Notes: a model not told the origin generated them from the letters alone. Positions 38,501 to 48,025 are shown, counted from the first letter of the stretch. The stretch is DNA of 64,000 bases from an uncultured candidatus Porisulfidus sp. (GCA_965215125.1 OZ244052.1:1696001-1760000); one strand, 5' to 3'. Numbers and translations: made by a program.

Positions 38501-39060
38501 TGATCGTCCCATAGATCTATGCGCGTAGGATAATCGGACGACGGAGAATAAAAATCTATGATCGAACCGCGTATCGCATATTCTCCGTACCGTTGTACTT
38601 GCGAGACCGAGGTATAACCCAGAGTGAATAACCGCGAGCGAAAATCCTCTATATCGAGTTGATCGCCTATAGAAATCTTGACGCTGTTGTTTTCGACAAA
38701 GCTACGCGGCGGTAGACGCTGCAACAAAGTCGGTATCGCTACGATACAAATGCGGCTATTTTTAGCGGGTAGTTGCGATAGTATGCCGAGACGCTCGGCG
38801 AGGATATTCTCGTCGGGAGAAAATTGATCGTAGACCAGAGTCTCGTAATTCGGAAACAGCAGTAATGTGTCGTCCGTGCCTAAAAAAAATTGCAGTTGAT
38901 CGTATAGACGGCCGGCAGTCGTAGTATCGGTACAAACGAGCAGTAGCGGGCGTTTGTACCGATGGTAGAAGTTCGCGGTTTGATAGGCGAAGCTACATCC
39001 TAATAATTCTCCCCAGCGCAGCAGTGTGTGTTCTTGTTCGGATGGTTGTGTGGACGGCAT
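35599..39060 (-). CDS. mfd: Transcription-repair coupling factor
   Basis: RGSIID, VHQDYGVGRF, CGDVGFGKTEVA, IDEEH, TATPIPRTL, QLRGRVGRS, DLEIRGAGELLG and a TRCF C-terminus. Start at ATG 39060. Confidence 0.97.
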   Translation of the reverse strand: MPSTQPSEQEHTLLRWGELLGCSFAYQTANFYHRYKRPLLLVCTDTTTAGRLYDQLQFFLGTDDTLLLFPNYETLVYDQFSPDENILAERLGILSQLPAKNSRICIVAIPTLLQRLPPRSFVENNSVKISIGDQLDIEDFRSRLFTLGYTSVSQVQRYGEYAIRGSIIDFYSPSSDYPTRIDLWDDQIDTLRSFNSDSQQTIEKINSTMLLPAREFLIDKQTIKSFRYKFRSHFSIQPDQCFVYSSISERIIPAGIEYYLPFFHDTTATLFDYLGPDTVCIYAREVLETAAKHLEYIEERYRLLAHAEARALLNPGLLYLNSGELAQCLKHFDNIETQTFKYHADSRQHGIRNFKTRLAPPVALDPQQKSPAAKLKDFIRTYNGRILLHAPTQGYSEQLSEILAPHRIHPKVIENWQTFLKSSAKLCICCADLHQSVILEEPKIALLGYQDIVTKPTSTGTQSKQARNVAALIQSIGDLEIGSATVHQDYGVGRFVGIKTMEVGGYLSEFCVLEYADKDKLYVPVIALHLLSRYTGNPSQHIKLDNLNGRAWNTAKRKAAIKAHDVAAELLDIQARRNASPNICFEINHSDYHAFAATFPYRETPDQKSAIDDVLQDMNSDKPMDRIVCGDVGFGKTEVAIRAAFVAVHNHKQVAVLVPTTLLAIQHFEAFRERFAKWPVRIEMLSRFVADKQKKQTLSAIQKGDVDIVIGTHTLLRTPPDFKSLGLIVIDEEHCFGVKDKEQIKSIRTSADVLTLTATPIPRTLGMSLGGLRSLSIIATPPPGRRAIKTFVTQWDDALICEACNRELRRGGQIFFLHNEVRTIDDTAEALRSLLPDAKIAVAHGQMNEKDLERTMMDFYNHNHHILVCTTIIESGIDIPNANTIIINRADHLGLAQLHQLRGRVGRSHHAAYAYLLIPTRSEITDDAAKRLEVIESLEDLSIGFTIASHDLEIRGAGELLGEEQSGHIQKVGFAMYNKLLRRAVETLKSGQLPDPDRPLDTVAEINLGEPALIPPDYIPDVNLRLVLYRRIAAASDEENLAELKVEMIDRFGALPDYTKNLYINAAIRIICHNIGIRKLRADESELNIHFEERPKLDLDKLIEMVKKEPQKYRFMGNQKLIINENDDSMETVAVRESKIKDFIKLLSLKEVA

Positions 39061-39077
39061 GGCTAGAGTCAATCACA

Positions 39078-39173
39078 GTTTGGTTTTGGTTTCCATAGAT
39101 CCAATTAATGAATATATAAAATAGTGCAGACCCGCTGCAACCACCCCGTCAGGCCGCGCCTGCCACCCCTCCA
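39078..39173. repeat. Repeat modules (reverse D module and GGAGGGG..GACGGGGTGGTTG module)
   Basis: GTTTGGTTTTGGTTTCCATA and GCAACCACCCCGTCAGGCCGCGCCTGCCACCCCTCCA are reverse complements of segments at ~63430 and ~25784-25820. Confidence 0.7.
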
Positions 39174-39194
39174 CAAATTAAAGCAAAAATATTA

Positions 39195-40484
39195 TCAAGC
39201 GAACATATCGTGGACGATATTCTCGAACCAGCTATAAGCGTATTGAACTTCTCTTTCTCTCGCAAAGTCGGTTGCATCCATAGGCGTTAGCCCGCCGGCT
39301 ATTTTTTCTATGTTGCTTTTGTCTTCGGAGAGCTTATACACTGCGGCTACCGAAATACCGTAATCCGGTGCAACGATACTATAGCAAGTATTGACATAAG
39401 AAGGTACGTCCATCGGTTTTTCTTGGAGGCTCGCGACAACCGCCGTCGCACAGATCTTGGCCTCGGAGTTTGCGGCATAACCCGATTTAGGCAATCCTGT
39501 CGCAATGCTTGCATCACCGACGATATAAATGTCTTTTTGCATGGTTGATTCAAAAGTGTCTAAATGTATCGGGCACCAACCCGAGTCATCTGCGACACCG
39601 CTATTTTGAGCAATCCGACCTGCTTTTTGAGGAGGAATAAGATTGATCACATCGCCCGTGAAGTCGTCAAATTCGGTAGAGACCGTCATCTTTGCGGTGT
39701 CAACCGCAACGACACCTCTGCTACCCGTATCCGCCCCCGAAACCCATTCAATCATACCTTCGTAGCGTTCTTCCCAAGCCTGCATGAAAAGTTCTTGTTT
39801 GGAGAATTTGTCTTTGGCATCGATAACCATAATTTTTGATTTGGGTTTGTTATTTTTTAGATAGTGGGCTATTTGGCAGGCGCGCTCGTAAGGACCCGGC
39901 GGGCACCGGAAAGGATTACCCGGCGGCGCGATGATGACCACACCGCCGTCCTGCATCGCTTCAAGTTGTTGCCTCAATAGCATGGTTTGTTCGCCTGCTT
40001 TGTATGCGTGTGGCATTACTTCGCTTGCCGCTTCGGTATAACCGTCTACGGCACCCCATTGAAAATCTATGCCGGGCGACAGCACCAGCTTGTTGTAAGG
40101 TAGCTTGGCACCGCTTGCGGTAGTGATTACTTTTTTCTCGGGATCCACCGTATCCGCCATTTCGTTAATCACTTTGATGCCGCGTGCCTTTAAGCCTTCG
40201 TAGCCGAATTGTAGAGTGGCTAGATCGCGTTCGCCGCCGATAACTTCGTTGCTCATAAAACAGGTGTAATAATTCGGGTTTGCCTCTATCAGTGTGACAT
40301 TAATAGATTCATCCATCATTTTGATGTATTTGGCGACGATCGCGCCACCTGCGCCCCCACCGATAACCGCAACTTCGTGCGAGGTACCCAAAGCCAGTTG
40401 AGGGAAACCCAATACCGCAGCCCCGCCGGCAACGGTACCGCAAGCACTTAGTTTGATAAAATCTCTTCTGTTGATGTTCGACAT
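39195..40484 (-). CDS. fccB: Flavocytochrome c sulfide dehydrogenase, flavoprotein subunit
   Basis: Tat signal NRRDFIK; [36 protein letters not shown] and NTCYS. Start at ATG 40484 after GGAG. Confidence 0.92.
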   Translation of the reverse strand: MSNINRRDFIKLSACGTVAGGAAVLGFPQLALGTSHEVAVIGGGAGGAIVAKYIKMMDESINVTLIEANPNYYTCFMSNEVIGGERDLATLQFGYEGLKARGIKVINEMADTVDPEKKVITTASGAKLPYNKLVLSPGIDFQWGAVDGYTEAASEVMPHAYKAGEQTMLLRQQLEAMQDGGVVIIAPPGNPFRCPPGPYERACQIAHYLKNNKPKSKIMVIDAKDKFSKQELFMQAWEERYEGMIEWVSGADTGSRGVVAVDTAKMTVSTEFDDFTGDVINLIPPQKAGRIAQNSGVADDSGWCPIHLDTFESTMQKDIYIVGDASIATGLPKSGYAANSEAKICATAVVASLQEKPMDVPSYVNTCYSIVAPDYGISVAAVYKLSEDKSNIEKIAGGLTPMDATDFAREREVQYAYSWFENIVHDMFA

Positions 40485-40512
40485 TTCACTATCTCCTTGA
40501 TAATTGTTGGGC

Positions 40513-41184
40513 TTAGTTGCGCACGCTGGCGTAGTACTGCAACAAGTTGTATATGCTCTCTTCGCCGTGTGCTTCAAGCATTTCCGTGAGTTTGGTATTC
40601 ATTTTCTTGGGCATCTTGCGACGGTCGTTTATATAATCTTCCATAGTGTATTTCAGATAAGGCATCCATTGTCCCGCCAATAGACCGACATCGTCGGCGG
40701 TCGAAAGACCGCCATCTTCATGACATTTACCGCAATACTCCTCGTGCAGTTCCTCACCTATAGCGACTTTTGATTTATCGTAATCTTGTTCAACGGCTAC
40801 GACCTCGGAGCCGTCTAATATACTTGCCATCGTAATAATCTCTTCGAGTGTATAGCCCGATGCGATACGAGACATAATCGTGCTAAAGCGAGGGTATGCT
40901 TCTACATACTCGTACGCCTCGTCTTGATACAATATGTCAAGCGCATCCTCCAAGCCTGCTTCGTCGCCGGTATATTTATACGCGAGCATAGTACCTATAA
41001 AATAGTTTTGGGTTATCCCGGCGAGAGACGGAATTGCCGGGCCTCGGCTGACACCGTTCTCCCCGTGGCATGACACGCAAGTATTCAGTAGCATTTGCGC
41101 GGATGCCATCTGTGCTTGAGCAACCGTCGTTACTCCGAATAGCAAAGCTAAAGCAAAGAATAGCAAATTAAGTTTTTTGATCAT
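40513..41184 (-). CDS. fccA: Flavocytochrome c, diheme cytochrome subunit
   Basis: Signal peptide; CVSCH and CGKCH; STIM and RKMPKKM Met-ligand regions; directly upstream of fccB. Confidence 0.88.
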   Translation of the reverse strand: MIKKLNLLFFALALLFGVTTVAQAQMASAQMLLNTCVSCHGENGVSRGPAIPSLAGITQNYFIGTMLAYKYTGDEAGLEDALDILYQDEAYEYVEAYPRFSTIMSRIASGYTLEEIITMASILDGSEVVAVEQDYDKSKVAIGEELHEEYCGKCHEDGGLSTADDVGLLAGQWMPYLKYTMEDYINDRRKMPKKMNTKLTEMLEAHGEESIYNLLQYYASVRN

Positions 41185-41269
41185 TTTGAAAGCCTCGTTC
41201 TTGTTAAAAAATCAGTCATTAAGTTTAAGGTATCATACAGCGATTGGTGGTTTTGTGCAAGTGGCGGTT

Positions 41270-42313
41270 TTATTCGACAGCAATCGCTGATTTCATTTTC
41301 GCCTTGAACTCCTTGTTGAGGACTTGAAATATTACTTCGTTTCCAGCTGTGTTGAAATGATAATCTCCTTTGTTGTAATATTTCTCTTCGGTTTTTTCCA
41401 ATCCCAGTTTCTTTTTTAGGCGGAAAAAGGTGGGAAAAGCATTTATAAATGCAAAGCATTTTTGTTCACAAAATTCTTCCCATATTTCAACATAGGCATT
41501 GTCTTTATTACCATATTTTAAATGTTTTGGTCGAGGGAACACACCGACCGAAAGTTTTATTCCATGTTTGTTTAATAGCTTATAAAGTTCTTCCATTTTT
41601 GATAGACTTCTTTCAATTGCTCCGCTTGATCTATAATATTGATATTCTCTCTCATACTGGAGTGGTGTCTTTATATTTTGATTAAGGCAGTCCGGGTGAT
41701 ATGCAGTTCGATCTGTACAAATATCATTTATAATAATTTCATTATATGTTGAATATACTATTTTTCTCGTATATCTAAAATAATTATGTAGAAGGAAACT
41801 AAGTTTACTACGCTCAAATCTATTAACTCTATAATCGTCTAAGAAATCGTTATAGTCGATAAAAACAACTACATGGTTTGTCTCAAGTCCTTTGCCAAGA
41901 TAATAAGAAATTTTTTGTAAATATCTGGTTGGCGAATAACTTACAACCCCTAGGTTTCCGACATCTATATCGGGGTGAGCGAGGTCGTACATTCCGACAA
42001 AAGTATCTTTGTAGGGTGCAAGTTCTCCTTGTGTAAAACTGTCTCCGATAAATACGACATCAAACGATAACGAAGAGCGGTTTAAGTTATCACAATGAGT
42101 CCTAAAAGCGTTTTTATCGGTGCACATTTCTCCTCCGAAATCGTCTACATGAATGTACGATGGTTTCAGTGTATGGTGGAAATCGGGGTGAGATATTGCA
42201 TAATCTTGTTGTCGGACCGGCAGAGGATTTATTCGAGTATATAAAAAGTCCACGAGTAGAAACAGGATCACTAAAATAACTACATTGTAGGTGAGTATCT
42301 TAATCCATTTCAT
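41270..42313 (-). CDS. Membrane-anchored SGNH/GDSL hydrolase-like protein
   Basis: N-terminal TM segment; FIGDSFT.G, NLGV.SYS, NDF and D.HFN..GN blocks. AT-rich; overlaps the carbamoyltransferase stop. Confidence 0.72.
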   Translation of the reverse strand: MKWIKILTYNVVILVILFLLVDFLYTRINPLPVRQQDYAISHPDFHHTLKPSYIHVDDFGGEMCTDKNAFRTHCDNLNRSSLSFDVVFIGDSFTQGELAPYKDTFVGMYDLAHPDIDVGNLGVVSYSPTRYLQKISYYLGKGLETNHVVVFIDYNDFLDDYRVNRFERSKLSFLLHNYFRYTRKIVYSTYNEIIINDICTDRTAYHPDCLNQNIKTPLQYEREYQYYRSSGAIERSLSKMEELYKLLNKHGIKLSVGVFPRPKHLKYGNKDNAYVEIWEEFCEQKCFAFINAFPTFFRLKKKLGLEKTEEKYYNKGDYHFNTAGNEVIFQVLNKEFKAKMKSAIAVE

Positions 42314-44141
42314 ATTTATCTCTATAATTTTCTTTGAATGCTTTGTCTTGTTCGTCTTTGATGAGCATCAGATTGGCGATGATCAATATCTCAAGTTCGG
42401 TTGCCATAAAACACTTGAATGCGTCCTCGGGTGTGCAGACAATCGGTTCTCCGCGTACATTGAACGAGGTGTTGACGAGTATCGGACAACCGGTAAGCGT
42501 ATAGAACTCGGAGATGAGCTTATAATAATGTGGATTGGTATATTCGTCAACGGTTTGTATTCTAGCACTGTAGTCAACATGAGTGACCGCCGGTATCTCC
42601 GAGCGAGGGATGTTTAATTTGTCAATCCCGAATAATGCCTTCTCTTTTTCCGTCATGGTGTACCTTTTGTTTTCCGAGACACTAGCGACTAATAACATGT
42701 AGGGGCTGTCGGTATCTAATTCAAACCACTCGTTTGCATGTTCTTGTAGTACGCTCGGGGCGAAGGGTCGGAATGATTCACGATATTTGATCTTCAGATT
42801 GAGATGCTTTTGCATTTTAGGCGACCGCGGGTCGGCGATGATACTCCGCCCACCGAGTGCCCGAGGTCCGAATTCCATACGGCCATTCATCCATCCTACG
42901 ATTTTACCGTTTGCCAACGAATACGCAGTTTTTTTAATAATCTCCGGTTCGGAGTATTCCTTGAATTTAGCACCTAGACCACTTAGCTTTGCCTTTGCCT
43001 GTTCGGTAGTAAAACCGGGCCCTAAATACGCGCCGTGCATATTATCTTTTCCGTTGCCGATGGTACGTTTCTTGCCTAACATGATATGGTAAGCGGCTAA
43101 TGCGGCACCTAATGATCCTCCGGCATCGCCGGCTGCGGGTTGTATCCAGATATTATCAAAAACTTTTTCTCGTAGTAGCACACCGTTGGCAACGCAGTTA
43201 AGTGCTACGCCACCCGCCAAGCAAAGGTTTTGCAACTTGCTTTCGGTGACAACATTTCTAGCTAGTTTTAACACAATCTCTTCGGTCACTTTTTGTATAG
43301 AGGCCGCAATATCCATTTCTCTTTGTGTTAGTCTACTTTCGGGATCACGCGGCGAGCCGCCGAAAAGCGCGTTGAATTTTTTGCCGATCATCTTTAGGTC
43401 GGTGCAATAATCAAAATACGACATATTCAAATGAAAAGAGCCGTCATCTTTGATGTCTATTAAATTATCTTTGATAAGATCTATGTATTTGGCATCGCCG
43501 TAAGGTGCTAAACCCATCAGCTTGTATTCGCCGGAGTTTACTTTGAAGCCGGTGTAATAAGTAAATGCCGAATAGAGTAATCCGATGGAATGGGGAAAGT
43601 GGATTTCTTTGTGGACTTTTAGATTATTGCCTTTTCCGATTGCCAGAGAAGTTGTAGTCCATTCGCCTACACCGTCCATTGTAAGAACTGCCGCTTCTTC
43701 AAACGGTGACGGATAAAATGCGCTTGCGGCATGGCTTAAGTGGTGTTCGCTGAACAGCAACTTGTCGTAGCATTCGATGTCTTTGGTGAATATGGACCTT
43801 AATTCTTTTAGAATCACGGATTTTTGAAACAGTTTGTCTTTAACCCAAATGGGCATTGAGGCGGCAAAGCTCTTGAAACCTCTGGGTGCAAACGCCAAAT
43901 AAGTTTCCAAGAGACGCTCAAATTTGAGAAAGGGCTTATCGTAAAAGACGATATAATCAATTTCCTGCGGTTTGATATTTGCCTCGTTCAAGCAATAATT
44001 GATCGCTTGAACCGGGAAACCGGCATCGTGCTTTAGCCGCGTAAAACGTTCTTCTTGTGCGGCGGCGATTTCTCCGTCTTTAATCAAGCACGCGGCACTG
44101 TCGTGGTAGTAGGCCGAGATACCGAGTATATATATTGCCAA
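42300..44141 (-). CDS. O-carbamoyltransferase (NodU/CmcH/SxtI family)
   Basis: ILGISAYYHDSAA, QEERFTR.KH, EHHLSHAASAF, GEYKLMGLAPYG, GGVALNCVANG, EFGPRALG.RSI and NTSFNVRGEPIV. Confidence 0.93.
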   Translation of the reverse strand: MAIYILGISAYYHDSAACLIKDGEIAAAQEERFTRLKHDAGFPVQAINYCLNEANIKPQEIDYIVFYDKPFLKFERLLETYLAFAPRGFKSFAASMPIWVKDKLFQKSVILKELRSIFTKDIECYDKLLFSEHHLSHAASAFYPSPFEEAAVLTMDGVGEWTTTSLAIGKGNNLKVHKEIHFPHSIGLLYSAFTYYTGFKVNSGEYKLMGLAPYGDAKYIDLIKDNLIDIKDDGSFHLNMSYFDYCTDLKMIGKKFNALFGGSPRDPESRLTQREMDIAASIQKVTEEIVLKLARNVVTESKLQNLCLAGGVALNCVANGVLLREKVFDNIWIQPAAGDAGGSLGAALAAYHIMLGKKRTIGNGKDNMHGAYLGPGFTTEQAKAKLSGLGAKFKEYSEPEIIKKTAYSLANGKIVGWMNGRMEFGPRALGGRSIIADPRSPKMQKHLNLKIKYRESFRPFAPSVLQEHANEWFELDTDSPYMLLVASVSENKRYTMTEKEKALFGIDKLNIPRSEIPAVTHVDYSARIQTVDEYTNPHYYKLISEFYTLTGCPILVNTSFNVRGEPIVCTPEDAFKCFMATELEILIIANLMLIKDEQDKAFKENYRDKYEMD

Positions 44142-44144
44142 CTT

Positions 44145-44294
44145 CTAAAATAGCGTATATACAAACGGTGATACTACGGTACCTTGTGTAAAAATTATCA
44201 ATGCTCCGAAAACCACCATTACGATAATCACCGGCGCGAGCCATAACTTTTTACGTACTTTGAGAAAGCCCCACAGTTCGATTAAAAATTTCAC
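44145..44294 (-). CDS. SxtK-like small membrane protein (DUF5989 type); absent from the ORF track
   Basis: Translated by hand: MKFLIELWGFLKVRKKLWLAPVIIVMVVFGALIIFTQGTVVSPFVYTLF. GTG start with AAGGAG upstream. Confidence 0.85.
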   Translation of the reverse strand: MKFLIELWGFLKVRKKLWLAPVIIVMVVFGALIIFTQGTVVSPFVYTLF

Positions 44295-44307
44295 TTAATG
44301 TGTCTCC

Positions 44308-44727
44308 TTAAAATTGGTTCTTAAACGACGAAGGTTCCGGCCCTATAGGTTGTCTGTTTTTCCAGTAGGTTTCTTTATTCGGTTTTTTGATTTGCAGTTC
44401 GTCCCGTCCGAAGGCTCTAGTTATAACGGCAATCGGGGTAATCAATACGAAAAATATAATACCCATTATAACAGGACTGACGATTTTCCCTAATACAATT
44501 CCTAGATACATCCACGCGCGATTAAACGGAAGCAGTATGTTCGGGATGAAGAGTGTCACCGTAAGCGTTGCAACGGTTAGTAGCGCGAATATAACCTCTA
44601 CACGATTTAGGCTACCGTCGTAGAAGAGGACGGTGATGAGTGCGAAAATTCCGCTGAAGAAAAACCCGAACTTACGATTGGAGACGGGTGTTTTATATTG
44701 CTTGAAGCTGTATTGCATAAAAGACAC
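44308..44727 (-). CDS. SxtJ family membrane protein
   Basis: SNRKFG, L.PFNRAW..LG..LG.IVSP...GIIFF..ITP, GRD.L and YW..R......F..QF. Confidence 0.85.
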   Translation of the reverse strand: MSFMQYSFKQYKTPVSNRKFGFFFSGIFALITVLFYDGSLNRVEVIFALLTVATLTVTLFIPNILLPFNRAWMYLGIVLGKIVSPVIMGIIFFVLITPIAVITRAFGRDELQIKKPNKETYWKNRQPIGPEPSSFKNQF

Positions 44728-44757
44728 GATAGTATTTGATATCTCGCTTCGGTTTTA

Positions 44758-45312
44758 TCAATCAAGCGAGGCACTCTGACTGTCGCTCGGTGCTTTGGGT
44801 TTTTTCGGTGTTTTGTGGGCGACACCGACATGGCACGAGATACAATTTTCGCCTTCGGTGTGGGCGCGTTCGTGTTTGCGTTTTGCGGTTCTATCTTGTT
44901 CGTCGAGATCCATAGCTTGAAATTGATGGCAACTCAGGCATGTTGTTGCGTACGAGGAATCGAGCCTACCCCATACTTTGTTTGCCATTCTCCAGCGGTG
45001 TGCCTCGAATTTTTCTTGACTGTCTATGGTGCCGAGTATTTCGTGCCACACATCTTTTGCCGCCATCAATTTAGCGTGCAGTTTGAGATCGAGCTGCTCG
45101 GGTACATGACAATCGCTACATTGGGCGCGTATGCCTTGCAGATTTGAGTAGTGAACCGACTCTTTCCACTCCGCCTCAACCCACTGCATAGAGTGGCAAG
45201 AGGTACAGAACTCAGTGGTATTTGTCGCTTCCAGAGTGGTTGTAAATGCGCCGGTGGCAACGATGCCGGCAATGAAGACTACACCGATTGAAATAATTCC
45301 TTTGTATTTCAT
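44758..45312 (-). CDS. NapC/NirT family membrane-anchored tetraheme cytochrome c
   Basis: N-terminal TM segment; four CXXCH motifs (CTSCH, CSDCH, CLSCH, CISCH); T.T.EFC..CH.M. Confidence 0.9.
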   Translation of the reverse strand: MKYKGIISIGVVFIAGIVATGAFTTTLEATNTTEFCTSCHSMQWVEAEWKESVHYSNLQGIRAQCSDCHVPEQLDLKLHAKLMAAKDVWHEILGTIDSQEKFEAHRWRMANKVWGRLDSSYATTCLSCHQFQAMDLDEQDRTAKRKHERAHTEGENCISCHVGVAHKTPKKPKAPSDSQSASLD

Positions 45313-45384
45313 TTAAATATCCGTATAAGGACTATAATTATATATCATTTATCGAGTTTAGTCGCCTTATTTTATGAAAACAAA

Positions 45385-46020
45385 ATGAACAGCAGGGTGT
45401 TATTCGAGGTGCGAGAATTGCATCTAAGGCGAGGTACGGTAGCAGGGCGCGCGCTAAACTTTGCTTTGCGTGCAGGTCAGTGGTGCGTGTTGAGCGGAGA
45501 AAACGGTTCCGGCAAGACGACATTGCTACGGGTGTTATGCGGTTTATCGGAACCGCGCAAAGGGTTTGTAGGTTGGCGAGGTTTTGCTATCGGCTATTAC
45601 CGCAAGCATTATCATCAAACTTTTATCTATATCGGACACAAGTTGGGATTTAGAGGTGGTTTGAGCGTCAAAGAAAATTTAAGTTTCTATCGTGATTTAA
45701 GAAATCGGCACGGTGTTGCCGGAATTGACGAAGCGATAGATTACTTGGGACTCGAAGATGTTGCCGACCGTCCCTATGCATCCTTGTCGCACGGTCAGCG
45801 GCAACGCGGTGCATTGTGTCGCTTGATGACCGAAGAAGCCCAACTTTGGCTACTCGACGAGCCCACCGGTGCATTGGATAAGCAGGGTCACGATATTTTT
45901 CAGGAGCTTTTAAGTGCGCACTTAGACAAAGGTGGCATGGCAGTCGTTGCAACACACAAGCCGTTCGCACACGACATATTGCAGGGTGCGCATCGACTAA
46001 GATTGACTGCCGATGTTTAA
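45385..46020 (+). CDS. ccmA: Heme export ABC transporter ATPase
   Basis: GENGSGKTT, YIGH, LSHGQRQR and WLLDEP; first gene of the ccm operon. Confidence 0.92.
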   Translation: MNSRVLFEVRELHLRRGTVAGRALNFALRAGQWCVLSGENGSGKTTLLRVLCGLSEPRKGFVGWRGFAIGYYRKHYHQTFIYIGHKLGFRGGLSVKENLSFYRDLRNRHGVAGIDEAIDYLGLEDVADRPYASLSHGQRQRGALCRLMTEEAQLWLLDEPTGALDKQGHDIFQELLSAHLDKGGMAVVATHKPFAHDILQGAHRLRLTADV

Positions 46021-46681
46021 GCCCTTATTCGCATTACTCAAATGGGATTTGTTGTCGGTGGTGCGGGAGCGTAGCGATTGGTTGATCGCAATTATTTTTT
46101 TTACGATTATCGTCAGTTTATTTCCACTGGGTGTCGATGCACAAAGTTCGGTGTTGAGTACCTTTGCACCCACTGCGATATGGGTTGCCGTGTTATTGTC
46201 CGGTTTGTTGTCGCTGGAACGGGTTTTTAAGGATGACTTCGACAACGGCATTTTGGAGCAACTGATGTTGAGTTCTCGTAATATCTATACGCTCGTGGGA
46301 GCGCGTATTTTCACACATTGGTGTACTACCGGGCTACCGTTCACGATACTCGCCCCGCTATACGGTTATGCTCTGGGTATTCCGCTCCATGCCTTGACAG
46401 ATGTAATCTTCGGTTTATTATTAGGTACACCGACACTGAGTGCCCTGGGTGCCTTGGGTGCGGCGTTAACCGTTTCCTTGAGGCAGGGCGGCATGTTGTT
46501 GGCATTATTGATAATGCCTTTTTACATACCTTTGTTGATATTCGGAACAAATGCGATTGATTTGGCAGCGAGCGGATTGCCGGCGAATGCGCCTTTGGCT
46601 TTTCTAGGTGCCATGCTGATTATCGGTATCGCTTTAGTGCCGATTGCCGTTTACGGTGCGCTGCGGGTCGTATTGGATTGA
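46013..46681 (+). CDS. ccmB: Heme exporter permease
   Basis: LFPLG, F.DDFDNG.LEQL, LLLGTPTL and P.YIP.LIFG. Confidence 0.93.
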   Translation: MFKPLFALLKWDLLSVVRERSDWLIAIIFFTIIVSLFPLGVDAQSSVLSTFAPTAIWVAVLLSGLLSLERVFKDDFDNGILEQLMLSSRNIYTLVGARIFTHWCTTGLPFTILAPLYGYALGIPLHALTDVIFGLLLGTPTLSALGALGAALTVSLRQGGMLLALLIMPFYIPLLIFGTNAIDLAASGLPANAPLAFLGAMLIIGIALVPIAVYGALRVVLD

Positions 46682-46687
46682 TTTGAT

Positions 46688-47437
46688 ATGGATATTAGAA
46701 CTTTTTATAGGTGGGGTACTTTGCCTTTTTTCTACCGTTGGACGACCGGTTTACAGCCGTGGTTGTTTGCGGTCACATTGATATTATTTGCATTCGGCTT
46801 ACTGTGGTCTTTGTATATTGCGCCACCCGATTATAAGCAGGGAGAAGCCTATCGCATTATTTATATACATGTGCCGGCAGCATGGATGTCTTTATTCGTT
46901 TATATCGTAATGGCGTTCGCCGGATTGATCTTGCTGGTGTGGCGAGTCAAGCTCGCCGAGTTGATACACCGTGAATGTGCGGTAATCGGCGCGGCGTTTA
47001 CCGCGATCACTTTGTTGACCGGGATGCTGTGGGGAAAGCCCATGTGGGGTGCTTTTTGGGTATGGGATGCGCGTTTGACTTCGGAGTTGATACTACTGTT
47101 TTTGTATCTGGGCGTTATCGTATTGGGTTCTGCGATTGACGATCGCGAAAAAGCGGCACGTGCAACCGCAGTGCTTGCAATCGTCGGCGTGGTCAATATC
47201 CCGATTATTCATTATTCGGTTATCTGGTGGAACACCTTGCATCAGGGACCTACGATTACCAAATTGGATGCACCGTCCGCGCATGTTAGCATCGTACTCC
47301 CGCTACTTTATATGGCAGTGGTATTTAAGTTATACTTTATTACCACATTGCTTGCCCGTATCCGTATGCGGATTGCCGATATGTGTCGCGAGCAACATTG
47401 GTTTAAGCGATACTATGATTTAATCGAGGTTAATTAA
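46688..47437 (+). CDS. ccmC: Heme exporter protein C
   Basis: RIIYIHVPAAW, WGKPMWG.FWVWDARLTS and WWNTLHQG. Confidence 0.95.
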   Translation: MDIRTFYRWGTLPFFYRWTTGLQPWLFAVTLILFAFGLLWSLYIAPPDYKQGEAYRIIYIHVPAAWMSLFVYIVMAFAGLILLVWRVKLAELIHRECAVIGAAFTAITLLTGMLWGKPMWGAFWVWDARLTSELILLFLYLGVIVLGSAIDDREKAARATAVLAIVGVVNIPIIHYSVIWWNTLHQGPTITKLDAPSAHVSIVLPLLYMAVVFKLYFITTLLARIRMRIADMCREQHWFKRYYDLIEVN

Positions 47438-47586
47438 TGAACTGGTTTTTAATGGGTGGTTATGCATGGTTTGTATGGCCTTCTTATATAGCATGTGTAT
47501 TGATAATGTTGTGGCTTGCGGTGTCGCCGTATCGCCGCCATCGGCACACGATAGAGAAACTCAAGCGATCGCCGAGTAGCCGATGA
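47437..47586 (+). CDS. ccmD: Heme exporter protein D; absent from the ORF track
   Basis: Translated by hand: MNWFLMGGYAWFVWPSYIACVLIMLWLAVSPYRRHRHTIEKLKRSPSSR. MGGY..FVW.SY signature; overlaps the ccmC stop and ccmE start. Confidence 0.88.
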   Translation: MNWFLMGGYAWFVWPSYIACVLIMLWLAVSPYRRHRHTIEKLKRSPSSR

Positions 47587-48014
47587 CATCGAGGCACAAA
47601 CAAAGATTGGCTTTTGTCACTATTTTGCTACTCGCGTTTAGTGTGGCGACGGTTCTGGTGTTATACGCACTGGAAGAGAATCTGCTTTATTTTTATACCC
47701 CCAGCCAACTGACGGAACACGCACCACCCGAAGGGCGTAGCTTTAATTTAGGTGGAATGGTTGTAGAGGGCAGCGTGAGTCATAGCGATGCGGTTTATTT
47801 TTCGTTGACCGATTATAAAGACACTATAAATGTCGTTTATTACGATATTCTGCCCGATTTATTCGGTGAAGGACAAGGAGTCATCGCAACCGGACGCTTA
47901 AATCCCGAAGGTATTTTCGTCGCCGAAACCGTACTGGCAAAACACGACGAAAACTATATGCCACCCGATGTTGCCGAAGCACTCAATATGCCCATTCCGT
48001 TGAAACAAAAATAA
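47583..48014 (+). CDS. ccmE: Heme chaperone
   Basis: YFYTPS, LPDLF.EGQG and LAKHDENYMPP. Confidence 0.95.
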   Translation: MTSRHKQRLAFVTILLLAFSVATVLVLYALEENLLYFYTPSQLTEHAPPEGRSFNLGGMVVEGSVSHSDAVYFSLTDYKDTINVVYYDILPDLFGEGQGVIATGRLNPEGIFVAETVLAKHDENYMPPDVAEALNMPIPLKQK

Positions 48015-48025
48015 TCCTGGAATCG

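Noticed and set aside
41270-44727. Saxitoxin biosynthesis
   Set aside because: Only sxtI/J/K/L-like genes are present. No sxtA, sxtG, sxtB or other core genes occur in the window, and this module is found outside toxin clusters.
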